From positions 1-37,550 of the IMG/VR virus record IMGVR_UViG_3300026266_000008: a stretch of DNA of 37,550 bases, one strand, 5' to 3'. The notes beneath the pieces are model-generated. The model saw only the letters and a list, made by a program, of their open reading frames with translations. It searched no databases and was not told the DNA's origin. Origin of the DNA: a virus (taxonomy: Duplodnaviria > Caudoviricetes). Every line of letters starts with the position of its first letter. The first letter of the stretch is position 1. A program made the translations under genes and the position numbers. Below are positions 9,477-20,603 of the stretch, one piece after another.

Positions 9477-12400
9477 ATGCCATTATCGCGTCTCGATAAC
9501 TTTCTCAAGAATGTCCGTGGAAATATCCTTTATGTAGACCCTAATAGTTTAGATGCTACTGATAGCATTACTAACCAGGGTAATTCTCTTGCCAGACCTT
9601 TCAAAACTATTCAAAGAGCTCTAGTAGAATCTTCAAGATTCTCCTACCAGAAAGGTCTGGATAATGATAGATTTGAAAAGACAACTATTATGTTGGCTCC
9701 TGGTGAGCACTTTGTAGATAATAGACCTGGATGGATACCAGATGGGTCAAATAATTATAAATTACGAAATGGTCAAACAAGTACAGAATTTGAACAATTT
9801 GATATATATACCAATTTTGATGTAAATAGTCCTAATAACCAACTTTACAAATTGAATAGTATCTATGGTGGTGTCATCATCCCTAGAGGTACTTCTATTG
9901 TTGGTCAGGATCTTCGTAAGTGTAAAATCCGTCCTCTGTATGTTCCAAGTCCAGAGAATGATGATATTGAGAGATCTGCTGTTTTTAGAATAACTGGTGG
10001 TTGTTATTTAAACCAATTTACGGTCTTTGATGCTGATCCAAACGGTAATGCATATAAAGATTATACTGATAATACGTCTGTTCCTAATTTTTCACACCAT
10101 AAACTGACTACTTTTGAGTATGCTGATGGTGTTAATAATGTAGAAATTGATGATGAGTTTATTAGTAACTATTCTACTAATAGAACTGATCTACAGATGT
10201 ATTATGAAAAGATTGGTATTGCATATGGTCCATCTTCTGGTCGTGCAATCAATCCTGACTATCCAAGTTCTGGTGTTGATATTCAATCAAAGGTTGATGA
10301 GTATCGTATTGTTGGTCCAACTGGTGGAAGTGTAGGTGTAAGTAGTATTAGAGCAGGTGATGGTTCAACCGCATCTACAACAATTACTGTCACTCTGAGT
10401 GAAGGTATTAAGGGATTGAATGTTGACACTTACTTCCAAACCAATGGTGTCACTGATCAATCATATAACGGTACATTTGTTGCAACTCAAATTCTTGCTA
10501 CAGATGGAGAAGGTAAGGCAACATCTTTCACATATGATACATCGACAGTTCCTTCAAATGCACTACCATCAGTAACAGGTGTATCAATCGAACTATCTAG
10601 TGATACAGTATCTGGTGCTTCTCCATATATCTTTAACTGTTCATTGAGATCAGTTTATGGTATGTGTGGTATGCATGCCGATGGGTCTAGGGCATCTGGA
10701 TTCAAGTCAATGGTTGTTGCCCAGTTTACGGGTGTCAGTCTCCAGGTTGATGATAATGCATTCGTAAGATATAATGAGTCTAATGGTACATATGATGATT
10801 CATCGTCAGTAGATAATATTCACTCAGATTCTGAAGCAAAATATAAACCAGAATATTCTAATTACCATATTAAGGCATCCAACAACGCAATTATTCAGTT
10901 GGTGTCTATCTTTGCAATTGGTTTCTCAGAACACTTTACAACAGAATCTGGTGGTGATTTCTCAGTTACCAACTCTAATTCCAACTTTGGTCAGCTTTCT
11001 CTGAAATCTGGTGGTTATAAAGAAGAAGCATTTGGTGTTGATGACATTGGGTATATCAGTAACATTATTACACCAAAAAGAATTGATTCTACAAATATTA
11101 ATCTTGAATATGATTCTATTGATGTTGTCAGAACTATTGGTATAGGGTCAACAAGTAGGCTTTATCTATACAATAAAAATAATCCAGATATCAAACCAAA
11201 TTCTAAGATTCAGGGTTATAGGGTTGGTGCAAAGAGTGATGATAAACTTTATGTTATTATTCCTGATGGTAGTGAATCTAAGACATATGAATCAACAATT
11301 GTGATGCCAGATAATAACACTGGTTCAAGCAATGTGACCAGTGTTAAAGTTTCATCAGTTGGTAGTGCTGTAGGAACAGGTAATAGTATTGGTAGTAATA
11401 TACTCACCTTCACTGAGGACCATAAATTCTTGAATGGTGAAAGCATCAGAATTCTGAGTGATAATTCAAGACTTCCTGATGGTCTTGAAAATAGTTACCT
11501 TTATTATGCAATAACAGATGGTCTAAATGCCAATCAAATTAAGATTGCACAGACTCAAAAAGATGCAGAGTTTGGAACAGAACGTACTATTAACAATCTT
11601 GGTGGTAATCTGACCGTTCAAAGTAGAGTTAGTGATAAAGTTTCTGGTAATATTGGTCACCCAATTCAGTTTGACTCTAGTGTCAATCAATGGTATGTGA
11701 CCGTTGGATCTGCTGCAACTGAAAATACAATATATTCCAAATTGGTAAGTTTGGGAGCCACTACTCTTGGAGACACTACTTCCAGAACGTATATTACAAG
11801 AATTCCTGACAACAGATCATCTGATGATAGAATTTATAAGTACAGATATGTAATTCCTGGTTCATCAGGAATTGGAACTGCTAGAGTTCCTAAAGATAGT
11901 TTTATTCTTCAGGAATCTAATAATGTTATTGGTCAGACAGACACAGAAGTAGAACTACAATATAACCCAGGATCTGTTACTATGAGTAACAGTGGTCAAT
12001 TGAGAAATCCTTCTTATATCTCTGATGTAAAATATGATAGTGGAATCGCATTCTATCTGACAGAAAGAAATCATCAACTTTCAATTGGATCTACAGTTGA
12101 AATTAACAATGTAACCAGCACAAACTTTACTGTAGGAACCGCACAATCTGGTTATAATGGTAAGTTTAAAGTTATTGGTATTCAAAGTGCAAGATCATTC
12201 TCTGTTGAAGGTGTTTCTACTGATCCTGGAACATTTACCAATAATACTTCCAACAGAAGCCCAAGTCTTCCTACTTTCAAACGTAAGAACTTCAATAATG
12301 ATTATTTTGTTTATGATGTTGAACAGGTTGAAGAATATGTTCCTTCACAACAGGATGGTGTTTATTATCTGACTATTCTTAATACCTCAAACACTCCTCA

Positions 12401-15329
12401 GGTTGCACCATTTGATAATTCAAGTAAGTATAGTTTCAGACAACCTGTTGTCAACCTTTATCCACAACTTGATAGAGATAATCCAGAATCTGATCCAGAA
12501 CCATCTGTAACCTATGCAAAACCAGATCGTATTGGTAGGACTGTTATTAGTGATCCAAAAAATAGTATCAGTAAAGAAACTCTTGATTTAATTACTAATG
12601 AAGTTAATTCTGGTATAGGTATAACCGATATCCAAACTTCAGAAGATGGATCAAACATTATAATCTTCACTGACCGTGATCATGGATTAAATCAACTCAC
12701 CAACGTAAGTATTGCAAACTCTGGTGCTGGATATGGTAATGGTACTGGTGGAACAGAAAATCTCTATAATGCAGTTCTTTCTGGTTCACTATCTGGAACT
12801 GGTGCTCTGGCAAGAATCACTGTTGATTCTTCTGGTGGTGTTACTGATGTTCATATTATGAACAGTGGTAGTGGGTATGTTCCGACTCAAACATTGAATA
12901 TTGTTGGAACTTCTCAGACCACTGGTTATTCACAAGCATCTGTCACTGTTGATAAAGTCTACAACAACATTAACGATACCATTCAAATTTCTGGTGTAGT
13001 TTCTGACAATTACGTTCAGTATAATCAACTCTATAGAATTTCTGAAATTATTAATAACAGTTCTATTAGAGCAATCCCAGTTGATACAATTACTTCTGGT
13101 ATTAATACCACAGGAATTGGTTCTGTTACAACTATAGATTCATCATTCAGTCTTACAGGTCCAACTCTTGGTATTAGTACATTTGTATATGATAATACTA
13201 GTGGGTTGGCAACAGTCACCACAGCTCAAGGTCATGGTCTGAGAATTAATAACACTGTAAGAATTGGTGGGGTGGATTCGGAGTTCTTCAATAAAGAATT
13301 CCTTGTTAGTGATAATGTAGGAATTAATACTTTTACAATTAATGTTGGTGTTAACACTGTTAACCCAGGAACTGGTGGAACAATTCGTGCATACAAAACA
13401 AGTACCAGCTCACAGGGTGGAAATCTTACAATTGGTTCTGATGAACTATTTGGTGGAAGAGACATTAATTCTTATGCTGGTATTACAACAGTCATTTCGT
13501 CAGAAATTTCTAATACAACGACTGATGAGATTAATATTAGAAATGTCACAGATTTCAATTTCCAAATTGGTGATTATCTGAGAGTTGATGATGAAATTGT
13601 AAGAATTAAAACGACTGTAGGAACTAACCCTGTTAAGGTCTTCAGGGGCTTGATGGGTACCAGACCTACAACTCACTTAGATGAAAGTGTGATCAAGAAG
13701 GTCATTGTTACACCTGTTGAATTTAGAAGAAATTCAATCATCCGTGCTTCCGGTCATACTTTTGAATATCTTGGTTATGGTCCTGGTAATTACTCTACTT
13801 CACTACCAATTAAACAGAAGAAACAACTTTCTGTTGATGAGCAACTAAATTCCCAGGCACAATCTTCTGGTGGTGGTGTTGTTGTTTATACTGGTATGAA
13901 TGATGCTGGTGACTTCTTCATCGGTAATAAGAGAATTTCTTCCAACACAGGTAAAGAAATTGTTTATGATACTCCTATTCAAACTGTAACTGGTGAAGAC
14001 TTTGTTAATGGTGAAAATTCATCCTTCGGTATTGATGTCCTTGAGACCCAGGAAGTCATCGCTTCTAGAGCACTGAAAGTTAATGGTGGTCCTTCAAATA
14101 ATATTCTTTCGGAGTTTGATGGACCAGTCGTATTCAATGAGAAACTAACTTCTACATCTAATAATGGTATTGAAGCTAATTCAATCTTCCTTCAGGGTGA
14201 TGCCATTGTTTCTAGAAACTATACTGTAGGAATTGCAATTCCTACAGAAGCAGGAAATCCTGGTGATGTTGTTTATAATGCAAATCCAACAAAGGGTGGA
14301 ACCATTGGTTGGACTTATACTGTAGAAAATGGTTGGTATGCTTTTGGTGGTGTTACCTCTGATGGTAATCAGTTTATCTTTGAAAAGGTTGGTATTGGAA
14401 CAACAACTGCAGGAAATTGTACTCTGAAGGTTGGTTCTGGTACTTCAGAACTCTGTGTTAATGAGCATGGTGTTGGTATTGGTGGTAGCATGGCTACTGC
14501 GACAGATAAACTAGTAGTCAATGGTAGTGTTGTTGCAGTCGCATTCACAGGTGATGGTTCTGGTCTTACTAATCTCCTGAATGATAGTTTGTTCACAGGA
14601 GTTCAATCTGGTTTAGGAACTGGTATTCATCCAATTGGTGATTTGAACGTCGGTTTCGGTACTGACACATTTGATGACACCTACACACTTCATGTTGGTT
14701 CTCCTGGAACAGGTAAGACTGATCTTCTTATTAATAATCAATCTAGATTTATTGGAACTGCCGACTTCGCAGATGTCAATACATCTGGAACATTAATAGC
14801 AAGTGAAGTTGATATTAAAAGTGGAACGGTCCAGGCTGGTGTCATCACGGCAACCAGTGAACTGAGAGTTGGTACAGCTAACACTATATTCTCCGCTACT
14901 TCTGGTGTTGGTATCGGAACAGCAACTCCAAGAGATGACTTGGATGTTGAGGGTAGAGCAAGACTGAAGTCTTATTATGAAACTACTCAAACATTACTTT
15001 CCGCGTCAAATCGTGTTGAAATTGACATTGCGAAAGGTCAGTCTTTCACCCATACAACAACTGAAAGTGTTGATGATTTCAGAATTATCAATCCCCCATC
15101 AGGTGGAACCTTTGCTTTCACCTTGAAGATTATTCAAGGAACTACACCCAGAGGAGTTGGTATTGATACGTTTGTCAATAGTGGTGGTAGTACAGTCGAT
15201 GTCTTCTGGCCTGCTGGTGTTACACCTGTTATTACTCAGACGGGTGGGGCTACTGATATCTACTCTTTCATGAGTTTCGATGGTGGTTCTACACTGTATG
15301 GTGGAGTTGTTGGTCAGAACTTCACCTAA
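9477..15329 (+). CDS. Large tail fibre / virion structural protein
   Basis: 1950 aa. N-terminal ILYVDP...GNSLARPFKTIQRAL is followed by a beta-helix-like region, repeated TxxxHxL..G..V.I beta domains, GIGT fibre motifs and a C-terminal F.W..G..P...DIYSF...G domain. Confidence 0.8.
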   Translation: MPLSRLDNFLKNVRGNILYVDPNSLDATDSITNQGNSLARPFKTIQRALVESSRFSYQKGLDNDRFEKTTIMLAPGEHFVDNRPGWIPDGSNNYKLRNGQTSTEFEQFDIYTNFDVNSPNNQLYKLNSIYGGVIIPRGTSIVGQDLRKCKIRPLYVPSPENDDIERSAVFRITGGCYLNQFTVFDADPNGNAYKDYTDNTSVPNFSHHKLTTFEYADGVNNVEIDDEFISNYSTNRTDLQMYYEKIGIAYGPSSGRAINPDYPSSGVDIQSKVDEYRIVGPTGGSVGVSSIRAGDGSTASTTITVTLSEGIKGLNVDTYFQTNGVTDQSYNGTFVATQILATDGEGKATSFTYDTSTVPSNALPSVTGVSIELSSDTVSGASPYIFNCSLRSVYGMCGMHADGSRASGFKSMVVAQFTGVSLQVDDNAFVRYNESNGTYDDSSSVDNIHSDSEAKYKPEYSNYHIKASNNAIIQLVSIFAIGFSEHFTTESGGDFSVTNSNSNFGQLSLKSGGYKEEAFGVDDIGYISNIITPKRIDSTNINLEYDSIDVVRTIGIGSTSRLYLYNKNNPDIKPNSKIQGYRVGAKSDDKLYVIIPDGSESKTYESTIVMPDNNTGSSNVTSVKVSSVGSAVGTGNSIGSNILTFTEDHKFLNGESIRILSDNSRLPDGLENSYLYYAITDGLNANQIKIAQTQKDAEFGTERTINNLGGNLTVQSRVSDKVSGNIGHPIQFDSSVNQWYVTVGSAATENTIYSKLVSLGATTLGDTTSRTYITRIPDNRSSDDRIYKYRYVIPGSSGIGTARVPKDSFILQESNNVIGQTDTEVELQYNPGSVTMSNSGQLRNPSYISDVKYDSGIAFYLTERNHQLSIGSTVEINNVTSTNFTVGTAQSGYNGKFKVIGIQSARSFSVEGVSTDPGTFTNNTSNRSPSLPTFKRKNFNNDYFVYDVEQVEEYVPSQQDGVYYLTILNTSNTPQVAPFDNSSKYSFRQPVVNLYPQLDRDNPESDPEPSVTYAKPDRIGRTVISDPKNSISKETLDLITNEVNSGIGITDIQTSEDGSNIIIFTDRDHGLNQLTNVSIANSGAGYGNGTGGTENLYNAVLSGSLSGTGALARITVDSSGGVTDVHIMNSGSGYVPTQTLNIVGTSQTTGYSQASVTVDKVYNNINDTIQISGVVSDNYVQYNQLYRISEIINNSSIRAIPVDTITSGINTTGIGSVTTIDSSFSLTGPTLGISTFVYDNTSGLATVTTAQGHGLRINNTVRIGGVDSEFFNKEFLVSDNVGINTFTINVGVNTVNPGTGGTIRAYKTSTSSQGGNLTIGSDELFGGRDINSYAGITTVISSEISNTTTDEINIRNVTDFNFQIGDYLRVDDEIVRIKTTVGTNPVKVFRGLMGTRPTTHLDESVIKKVIVTPVEFRRNSIIRASGHTFEYLGYGPGNYSTSLPIKQKKQLSVDEQLNSQAQSSGGGVVVYTGMNDAGDFFIGNKRISSNTGKEIVYDTPIQTVTGEDFVNGENSSFGIDVLETQEVIASRALKVNGGPSNNILSEFDGPVVFNEKLTSTSNNGIEANSIFLQGDAIVSRNYTVGIAIPTEAGNPGDVVYNANPTKGGTIGWTYTVENGWYAFGGVTSDGNQFIFEKVGIGTTTAGNCTLKVGSGTSELCVNEHGVGIGGSMATATDKLVVNGSVVAVAFTGDGSGLTNLLNDSLFTGVQSGLGTGIHPIGDLNVGFGTDTFDDTYTLHVGSPGTGKTDLLINNQSRFIGTADFADVNTSGTLIASEVDIKSGTVQAGVITATSELRVGTANTIFSATSGVGIGTATPRDDLDVEGRARLKSYYETTQTLLSASNRVEIDIAKGQSFTHTTTESVDDFRIINPPSGGTFAFTLKIIQGTTPRGVGIDTFVNSGGSTVDVFWPAGVTPVITQTGGATDIYSFMSFDGGSTLYGGVVGQNFT

Positions 15330-15332
15330 ATA
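15326..15332 (+). promoter_or_regulatory. T4-like late promoter (CTAAATA)
   Basis: Overlaps the stop of the 1950-aa gene and is followed by a GAAGGAG RBS for 15355. Confidence 0.6.
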
Positions 15333-15354
15333 CCTTGAAGGAGAATTGTGAACA

Positions 15355-17335
15355 ATGATACCCGCCTCTCTTAGACATTTCAGAACACCAAATACCAACT
15401 TATACTTGAATGGTCCGATTCTACAAATCGTTAAAAACCCTTCAAGTGTGACTGTTGATGGTGGTACGACTGTTGTTTTTAGTGGTTTTGCCACAGCAAC
15501 ATTTGAACAGAATCCAACGGCTATTTTGGATGGTGAGGTAACTTATAGATGGTATCATGTAGATACATCTACACCAGTACTAGAAGGAACAAAGTATGTT
15601 GGTACAGCAACTTCTCAATTAACTATTAATAATCCAGTATCACCAGATGATAATTTAGATAAATTTTATTTTGAATCAGGTTATACACCAAGTGCTGAAC
15701 TTGATGGTTATCTGAACGATCCGACTTCGGGGAATGCAACAAATGAGTAGTATTCGGTCAGTTGAAGCACTTCTTACAGTACTTCCAGTTGTTACAATTA
15801 CCTCTCAACCACAAAGTATAAGAACTGCGATAGATGTTGATACATCATTTACTATAGAAGCATCTACTACAGACACTAGATATATCATCCAATACTATTG
15901 GACAATTGATGATGTAATACAAAATAATTCAAATTCTAGAATTTTTACTATTTCAGGATCTGAGATAGGTGAAAAAAAGGTAAGAGCATATGCATATATT
16001 GACGTTACTTCAGAAAATGAGGGTAACATTGTTACTAATAGATCAATTAGTTCTTCTGATGAAGTAACCTGGAATATTGGTCCACCAAGAAGTATTATTA
16101 GATTTGAAGGATTTACACCAACAGGTGGATATAAGTATGTTGATGCCAACCTTGATGACGGTGATTTTACTCTTGATGACTCAATTTTTGATAGTACTTA
16201 CAATATCGTAACTTATTACGCAAGAGAAAAGGATCTTGACCTTACAATGCATATGGATGGAGCCCCTGGTGAGACAGATCCTCCTAATGCTCAAAATCCT
16301 GGAGAAGGTGGAAGATCCTCAGTTACACTTAATCATACACAAAATATTGAACATACGGTCTTAGGAACTACCAACAACTCTGCAGTATTTCTTTATAGAG
16401 GATCAAATTTATTATTGGTTGTAGGACAAGGTGGTTCTGGTAATGGTGGTGATGGTGGTGGTGTTAATGTTGCTGGTGCTAATGGTTATAATAATGTTGC
16501 TGATGGTGGTCAATTAATCCCTATAGGTAGTTTAAATTTAAATGGTGAGTTTGGATCTAATTTAACCAATGTAACCCTACAATCAGGGGATACGTTAGCA
16601 AACCCACCTCAAGGCGGAAGAACTATTTCTTGTTCCAAGGGTTCTTATTGGACTGGATTGGGTATATCACCTTGTGAGGATAATTCTACAAGTCGAATTA
16701 AATTCCGAATTGCAGATGGAACGGAAGTTATTTTAAGTGATAATATTATCAGAGGATTTAAATCAGGATATACAATCACCAGTACAGAAGGTAGAGCAGA
16801 AAACTCAACAACTGGTGTAGGTGGTAGAGGTGCAACTGGTGGATCTGGTACATCACTAACTGGATATGGAGGTGGAGGAGGATCAGGTTATAGTGATGGT
16901 ACTGCAACAATTTTTATTACTCAACTTGGCGGAGTTCCTGTAGGTGAGAAGGCAAAAATTAAATTTAGTCTTGTACCACCACCACCACAAACTAAGACCG
17001 GAACAGTTACTCATGGATTTAATAATAGTACTAATACGGATATATTCTTGAGTTTTGATGGTGCTATCGTAGATTGTGAACCACAAAACCGTGGTTCAGC
17101 AGATAGACAGGGAGGTACGGGGGAACATCTTAAGTATTATATCCTTACTATGAATAGTAATTATACCAATCTTTCTGTTGAGATGCTTCAGGATGCCACA
17201 GCTGGTGGTGGTCCTGGTATGGGTCTACGGCCAACTAAGATTGAAAAGACTGATGATTATAGATGGAGTATTTGGTTCAATAAAGCAATTGGATTTAATA
17301 GCTTTGCTAGAAATTGGTCAGTAACGGGAAGTTAA
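15355..17335 (+). pseudogene. Ig-like + Gly-rich fibre-tip protein split by a +1 frameshift (ORFs 15355..15750 and 15734..17335)
   Basis: The first ORF stops inside an Ig-like domain (VKNPSSVTVDGG...YRWY...LTI). The expected last strand (S.EALLTV) and a second Ig domain (ITSQPQS...QYYWT) continue in the +1 frame across GAG-TAGT-ATT. It may be an assembly error or two true genes. Confidence 0.55.
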
Positions 17336-17352
17336 TAAATAATAAATAAATA
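17335..17352 (+). promoter_or_regulatory. Triple overlapping late-promoter boxes (ATAAATA x3)
   Basis: ATAAATAATAAATAAATA upstream of the 17385 gene. Confidence 0.65.
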
Positions 17353-17384
17353 GAGAGGTGGATAGTGAAACCTCTGAGGTATCA

Positions 17385-18605
17385 ATGGCCGTTAACAAGA
17401 ACTTTGTAGTCAAAAATGGTGTAGAGGTTTCTACAGATCTCATCTATGCCGATAATAGTATTGATAAGGTTGGTATTGGTACGACTACGCCAGGAGCCAA
17501 ACTTGAAGTTATTGGAGATATTGTAGGTGTAGGACTTACTTTATCAGGATCAACTACTGGAACAGATGCCAATTATTCGGGTATTGTTACTGCGAGTAGT
17601 GGTTTAGAAGTTGGATCAGGTGGAACTTCCATTACTGTTGATGTAACCAACAACAGTGCAGGATTTAACACTACAACACCTGATACTAGGTACGTTTTAG
17701 ATGTTCAAGCAGGTGCTGGTCAATCAGCAGCTAACTTTGGTGGTGGAGTTGATATTGAAGGTGACTTAAATGTTACTGGTTCCTTTTCTGGAACGATTAA
17801 TACATTAAATAATCCAACAATTATTGGTGTAGTCACTGCAAATGATGCAGAGATTTACACACAGTTTAATATTATAAACAATAGTACATCTGCTTATCAA
17901 TATCAGGCAACTGGTATTGGTTTCACACAGAATACTGATAACCCAATCCTTTATCTGATTAGGGGTAAGAAGTATCATTTCAATCTGAATGCAACGGCAC
18001 ACCCATTCTATATTAAAGCGCCTGAAGCAGGTATTCATTCAACTGGAACCACACTCCTCTATGATGATGGAGTTGAAGGACAAGGAACAGAAGTAGGTAT
18101 TCTTACTTTCAAGGTTCCATATAATGGACCAAGTAATGTTTATTACCAGTGTTCTGTTCATACCGGCATGGGTAATACCATGTACCTGTTGGATGGAACT
18201 GGAATAGGTGGTGGTGGTGGTGGATCAACTGGAATTTCCAGTATCACTGTCATGGATGATGGTTCTGTAGTTGGTTTTACAACAATATTAAATGTTACTG
18301 GAGATGGGGTATCTGCCACTATTAACAGTAATAGAATTGATATCGATGTTCCTGGTACTGCAGATTGGGCTGGTATTGGTTCTCCTATCAAGTATACTGA
18401 TGGATCTTTATCACCATTTACATATATTGATGAGGAATCCAGTGTTACTAGTAACATGGTTTTGGATACTACCAATACTGGTCCAGGAACATCATATGTT
18501 ATTGTTGCCACACCGAAATTGGTTATTCAGTCGGGTGTTGGTGTAACACTTGGACTTGGTAAGACAATGATTGTTGATATATTAGATCTTAGTTCTTACA
18601 ACTGA
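17385..18605 (+). CDS. Tail fibre protein (connector/proximal segment)
   Basis: The likely start is ATG 17385 (MAVNKNFVVKNG) after a GAGGT RBS. It contains KVGIGTTTP fibre motifs and an NPILYLIRG...HPFYI...YYQCSVHTGMG domain. Confidence 0.75.
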   Translation: MAVNKNFVVKNGVEVSTDLIYADNSIDKVGIGTTTPGAKLEVIGDIVGVGLTLSGSTTGTDANYSGIVTASSGLEVGSGGTSITVDVTNNSAGFNTTTPDTRYVLDVQAGAGQSAANFGGGVDIEGDLNVTGSFSGTINTLNNPTIIGVVTANDAEIYTQFNIINNSTSAYQYQATGIGFTQNTDNPILYLIRGKKYHFNLNATAHPFYIKAPEAGIHSTGTTLLYDDGVEGQGTEVGILTFKVPYNGPSNVYYQCSVHTGMGNTMYLLDGTGIGGGGGGSTGISSITVMDDGSVVGFTTILNVTGDGVSATINSNRIDIDVPGTADWAGIGSPIKYTDGSLSPFTYIDEESSVTSNMVLDTTNTGPGTSYVIVATPKLVIQSGVGVTLGLGKTMIVDILDLSSYN

Positions 18606-18630
18606 TTCCTACCCCATAGCATAAAATAAG

Positions 18631-19398
18631 ATGTCACAACTTAACGTAAACATAATTAAGAACAGGGTAGGAAATAATGGTCCTACTATCTCAGGAAATA
18701 CCTCTATAAGTGGTATTTTAACAGCAATTAGTTATTATGGTGATGGTTCTAATCTGACTGGTATTGCCGTTACTGGTGGTGACAATATCTTTGACAATAT
18801 TCTAGTTACCGGAATATCAACATTTCAAGGTGATGCCAATTTTGATGGAAATGTAACCATCGGTGGAACTCTTACCTATCAAGACGTTACAAATGTCGAT
18901 GCTGTCGGCATGATTACGGCAAGAAAGGGTATTAATGTCCTGGCAGATGGTATTCAAGTCAATGCTGGTATTGTTACTTCAGCTAGTGGATTTGATGGTT
19001 CATTAACCGGTAACGTAATAGGTGATCTAACTGGTAATGTAACTGGTAATTTGATTGGTGGAACTATTGTTGGAACCAGTGCTTCTGTCAGTGGAATGAC
19101 CACTGTAGGAAACCTGGATGGGGTGATATATAGTGGAGTATCTACTACATCTATTAATAAAGATGTAATAAATCGTGAGTTTTGTGAGGTTGTTGCAGCT
19201 GCAACATCAATCACATTACCCGCTTCACCAACAGTAGGTAATGAAGTTTATGTGGCAGTTGGTAACTTCACAGATACTATGGTTATTAGAAATTCTGAGA
19301 ACATTATGAGTTTAGCAGAAGATATTATTTTAGATGTGGCATATAAAAATGTAAGATTTGTTTATGTTGATTCAAATGTTGGCTGGAGGATAAACTAA
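18631..19398 (+). CDS. Short distal-fibre adaptor, cassette 1 (type A C-terminus)
   Basis: MSQLNVNIIKN N-terminus, GGTLTYQDVTNVD and G(N/D)(V/L)T shaft repeats, and C-terminal NREFC...TLPASP..G...RNSENIM...FVYVDSNVGWR. Confidence 0.75.
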   Translation: MSQLNVNIIKNRVGNNGPTISGNTSISGILTAISYYGDGSNLTGIAVTGGDNIFDNILVTGISTFQGDANFDGNVTIGGTLTYQDVTNVDAVGMITARKGINVLADGIQVNAGIVTSASGFDGSLTGNVIGDLTGNVTGNLIGGTIVGTSASVSGMTTVGNLDGVIYSGVSTTSINKDVINREFCEVVAAATSITLPASPTVGNEVYVAVGNFTDTMVIRNSENIMSLAEDIILDVAYKNVRFVYVDSNVGWRIN

Positions 19399-20586
19399 AT
19401 GGCTGCTCAAAAACAATTTACTACTTCCGCAGGTAGTCATCTTAATAATAGGGAGATTTTTTACGGTCCAGCAACTCCTGGATCTACACCGTATACTTGG
19501 CCAGTCCCAAGTGGAACCACTGAAGTCCATGTTCATGTTTGGGGTGGCGGTGGACCTGGTCATTATCTGAGTTGGGCAGGAGCTGGTGGTGGAGGAGGTG
19601 GTTATGCCAGAGCACCATATACAGTTACTGATTCTGATACTTTAGCAATCACTGTTGGTGGTGCAGCTGCAACCTCATCGGTAACAATTCCAACGCAGTC
19701 TCCTACCGGATCTACTTCTCCTGTAAGTGCAACTGGTGGAAGTATTGGCAACGCTCCTTCTAATGGTGGTGTTGGTGGTAGTGGAGCGGTTACTTTAAAT
19801 CCTACATTTCCACACTATTATTGTATGACTGCCAATGGTGGTTGTGGTGGATGGGGTACAGGTTTTCCTGTAACTCAGGGAGCCGGTGGTGCTGCTGGTT
19901 CTCCTTTAGGTACTGGTGGTGATGGTGGATGGGGTTGTAGTACCTTTGGAGGTGGAATCGGTCAAGCACCTGGTAACAATCGGCATAAACAGGAGTACCA
20001 TTATTGTGTTGGCGGAACAGGTCCTTATACAACCGTTGGGACAATTTATGCTTGTCACGGTGGGAATTACTTGACAGGTAGAAAGAGTGGCTGTTACTAC
20101 AACCCCGACAATTACAGTAATTATACCCCAAGTTCAGGATCTACTGGTGATTATTCAACTATCGTACTTGGATCAGTGGGTTGTAGTAACTTCATGGAAA
20201 CTATTAAAACTTGTTGGCATTGTTGGAATCCAGCATCATATATACTCAGTACCTGTCCAGGTGGTTTTACTCGCACATATTCTGCACCTGAAGCTAATAC
20301 AAGTAGGGGTAGTGAGTGGTTCTACGTAGAGGATATGGCAGGAGCAGGTGGTTATCAGTATACTACTCCTACCTCAGATATTATCCAGAGTGACGCAGGA
20401 GCAGGAGCAGGTGGTGGTCCTCAGGGACAGGCTGGTATATTAGGAGGTGGTAGCCAGTGTAATAATGTCAATTGGGCCCTACCAACTTCAGCGGGATATG
20501 GAGGTGGAGGTGGTAGTAATAATTCCGCACCAGCACCCCAGGGCCCCCATACCGGTGGTGCTGGCTTAGTTATTCTTTACTGGTAA
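19399..20586 (+). CDS. Gly-rich, Cys-rich fibre-tip adhesin (gp38-like polyglycine scaffold)
   Basis: VHVWGGGG...GGGGGGY...GGAGLVILYW scaffold with variable loops and about 11 Cys. Confidence 0.7.
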   Translation: MAAQKQFTTSAGSHLNNREIFYGPATPGSTPYTWPVPSGTTEVHVHVWGGGGPGHYLSWAGAGGGGGGYARAPYTVTDSDTLAITVGGAAATSSVTIPTQSPTGSTSPVSATGGSIGNAPSNGGVGGSGAVTLNPTFPHYYCMTANGGCGGWGTGFPVTQGAGGAAGSPLGTGGDGGWGCSTFGGGIGQAPGNNRHKQEYHYCVGGTGPYTTVGTIYACHGGNYLTGRKSGCYYNPDNYSNYTPSSGSTGDYSTIVLGSVGCSNFMETIKTCWHCWNPASYILSTCPGGFTRTYSAPEANTSRGSEWFYVEDMAGAGGYQYTTPTSDIIQSDAGAGAGGGPQGQAGILGGGSQCNNVNWALPTSAGYGGGGGSNNSAPAPQGPHTGGAGLVILYW

Positions 20587-20603
20587 AATAGGAGATTAAA
20601 CAA

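Noticed and set aside
17358-17384. GTG start at 17358
   Set aside because: It lies within the leader hairpin; ATG 17385 has a well-spaced GAGGT RBS.
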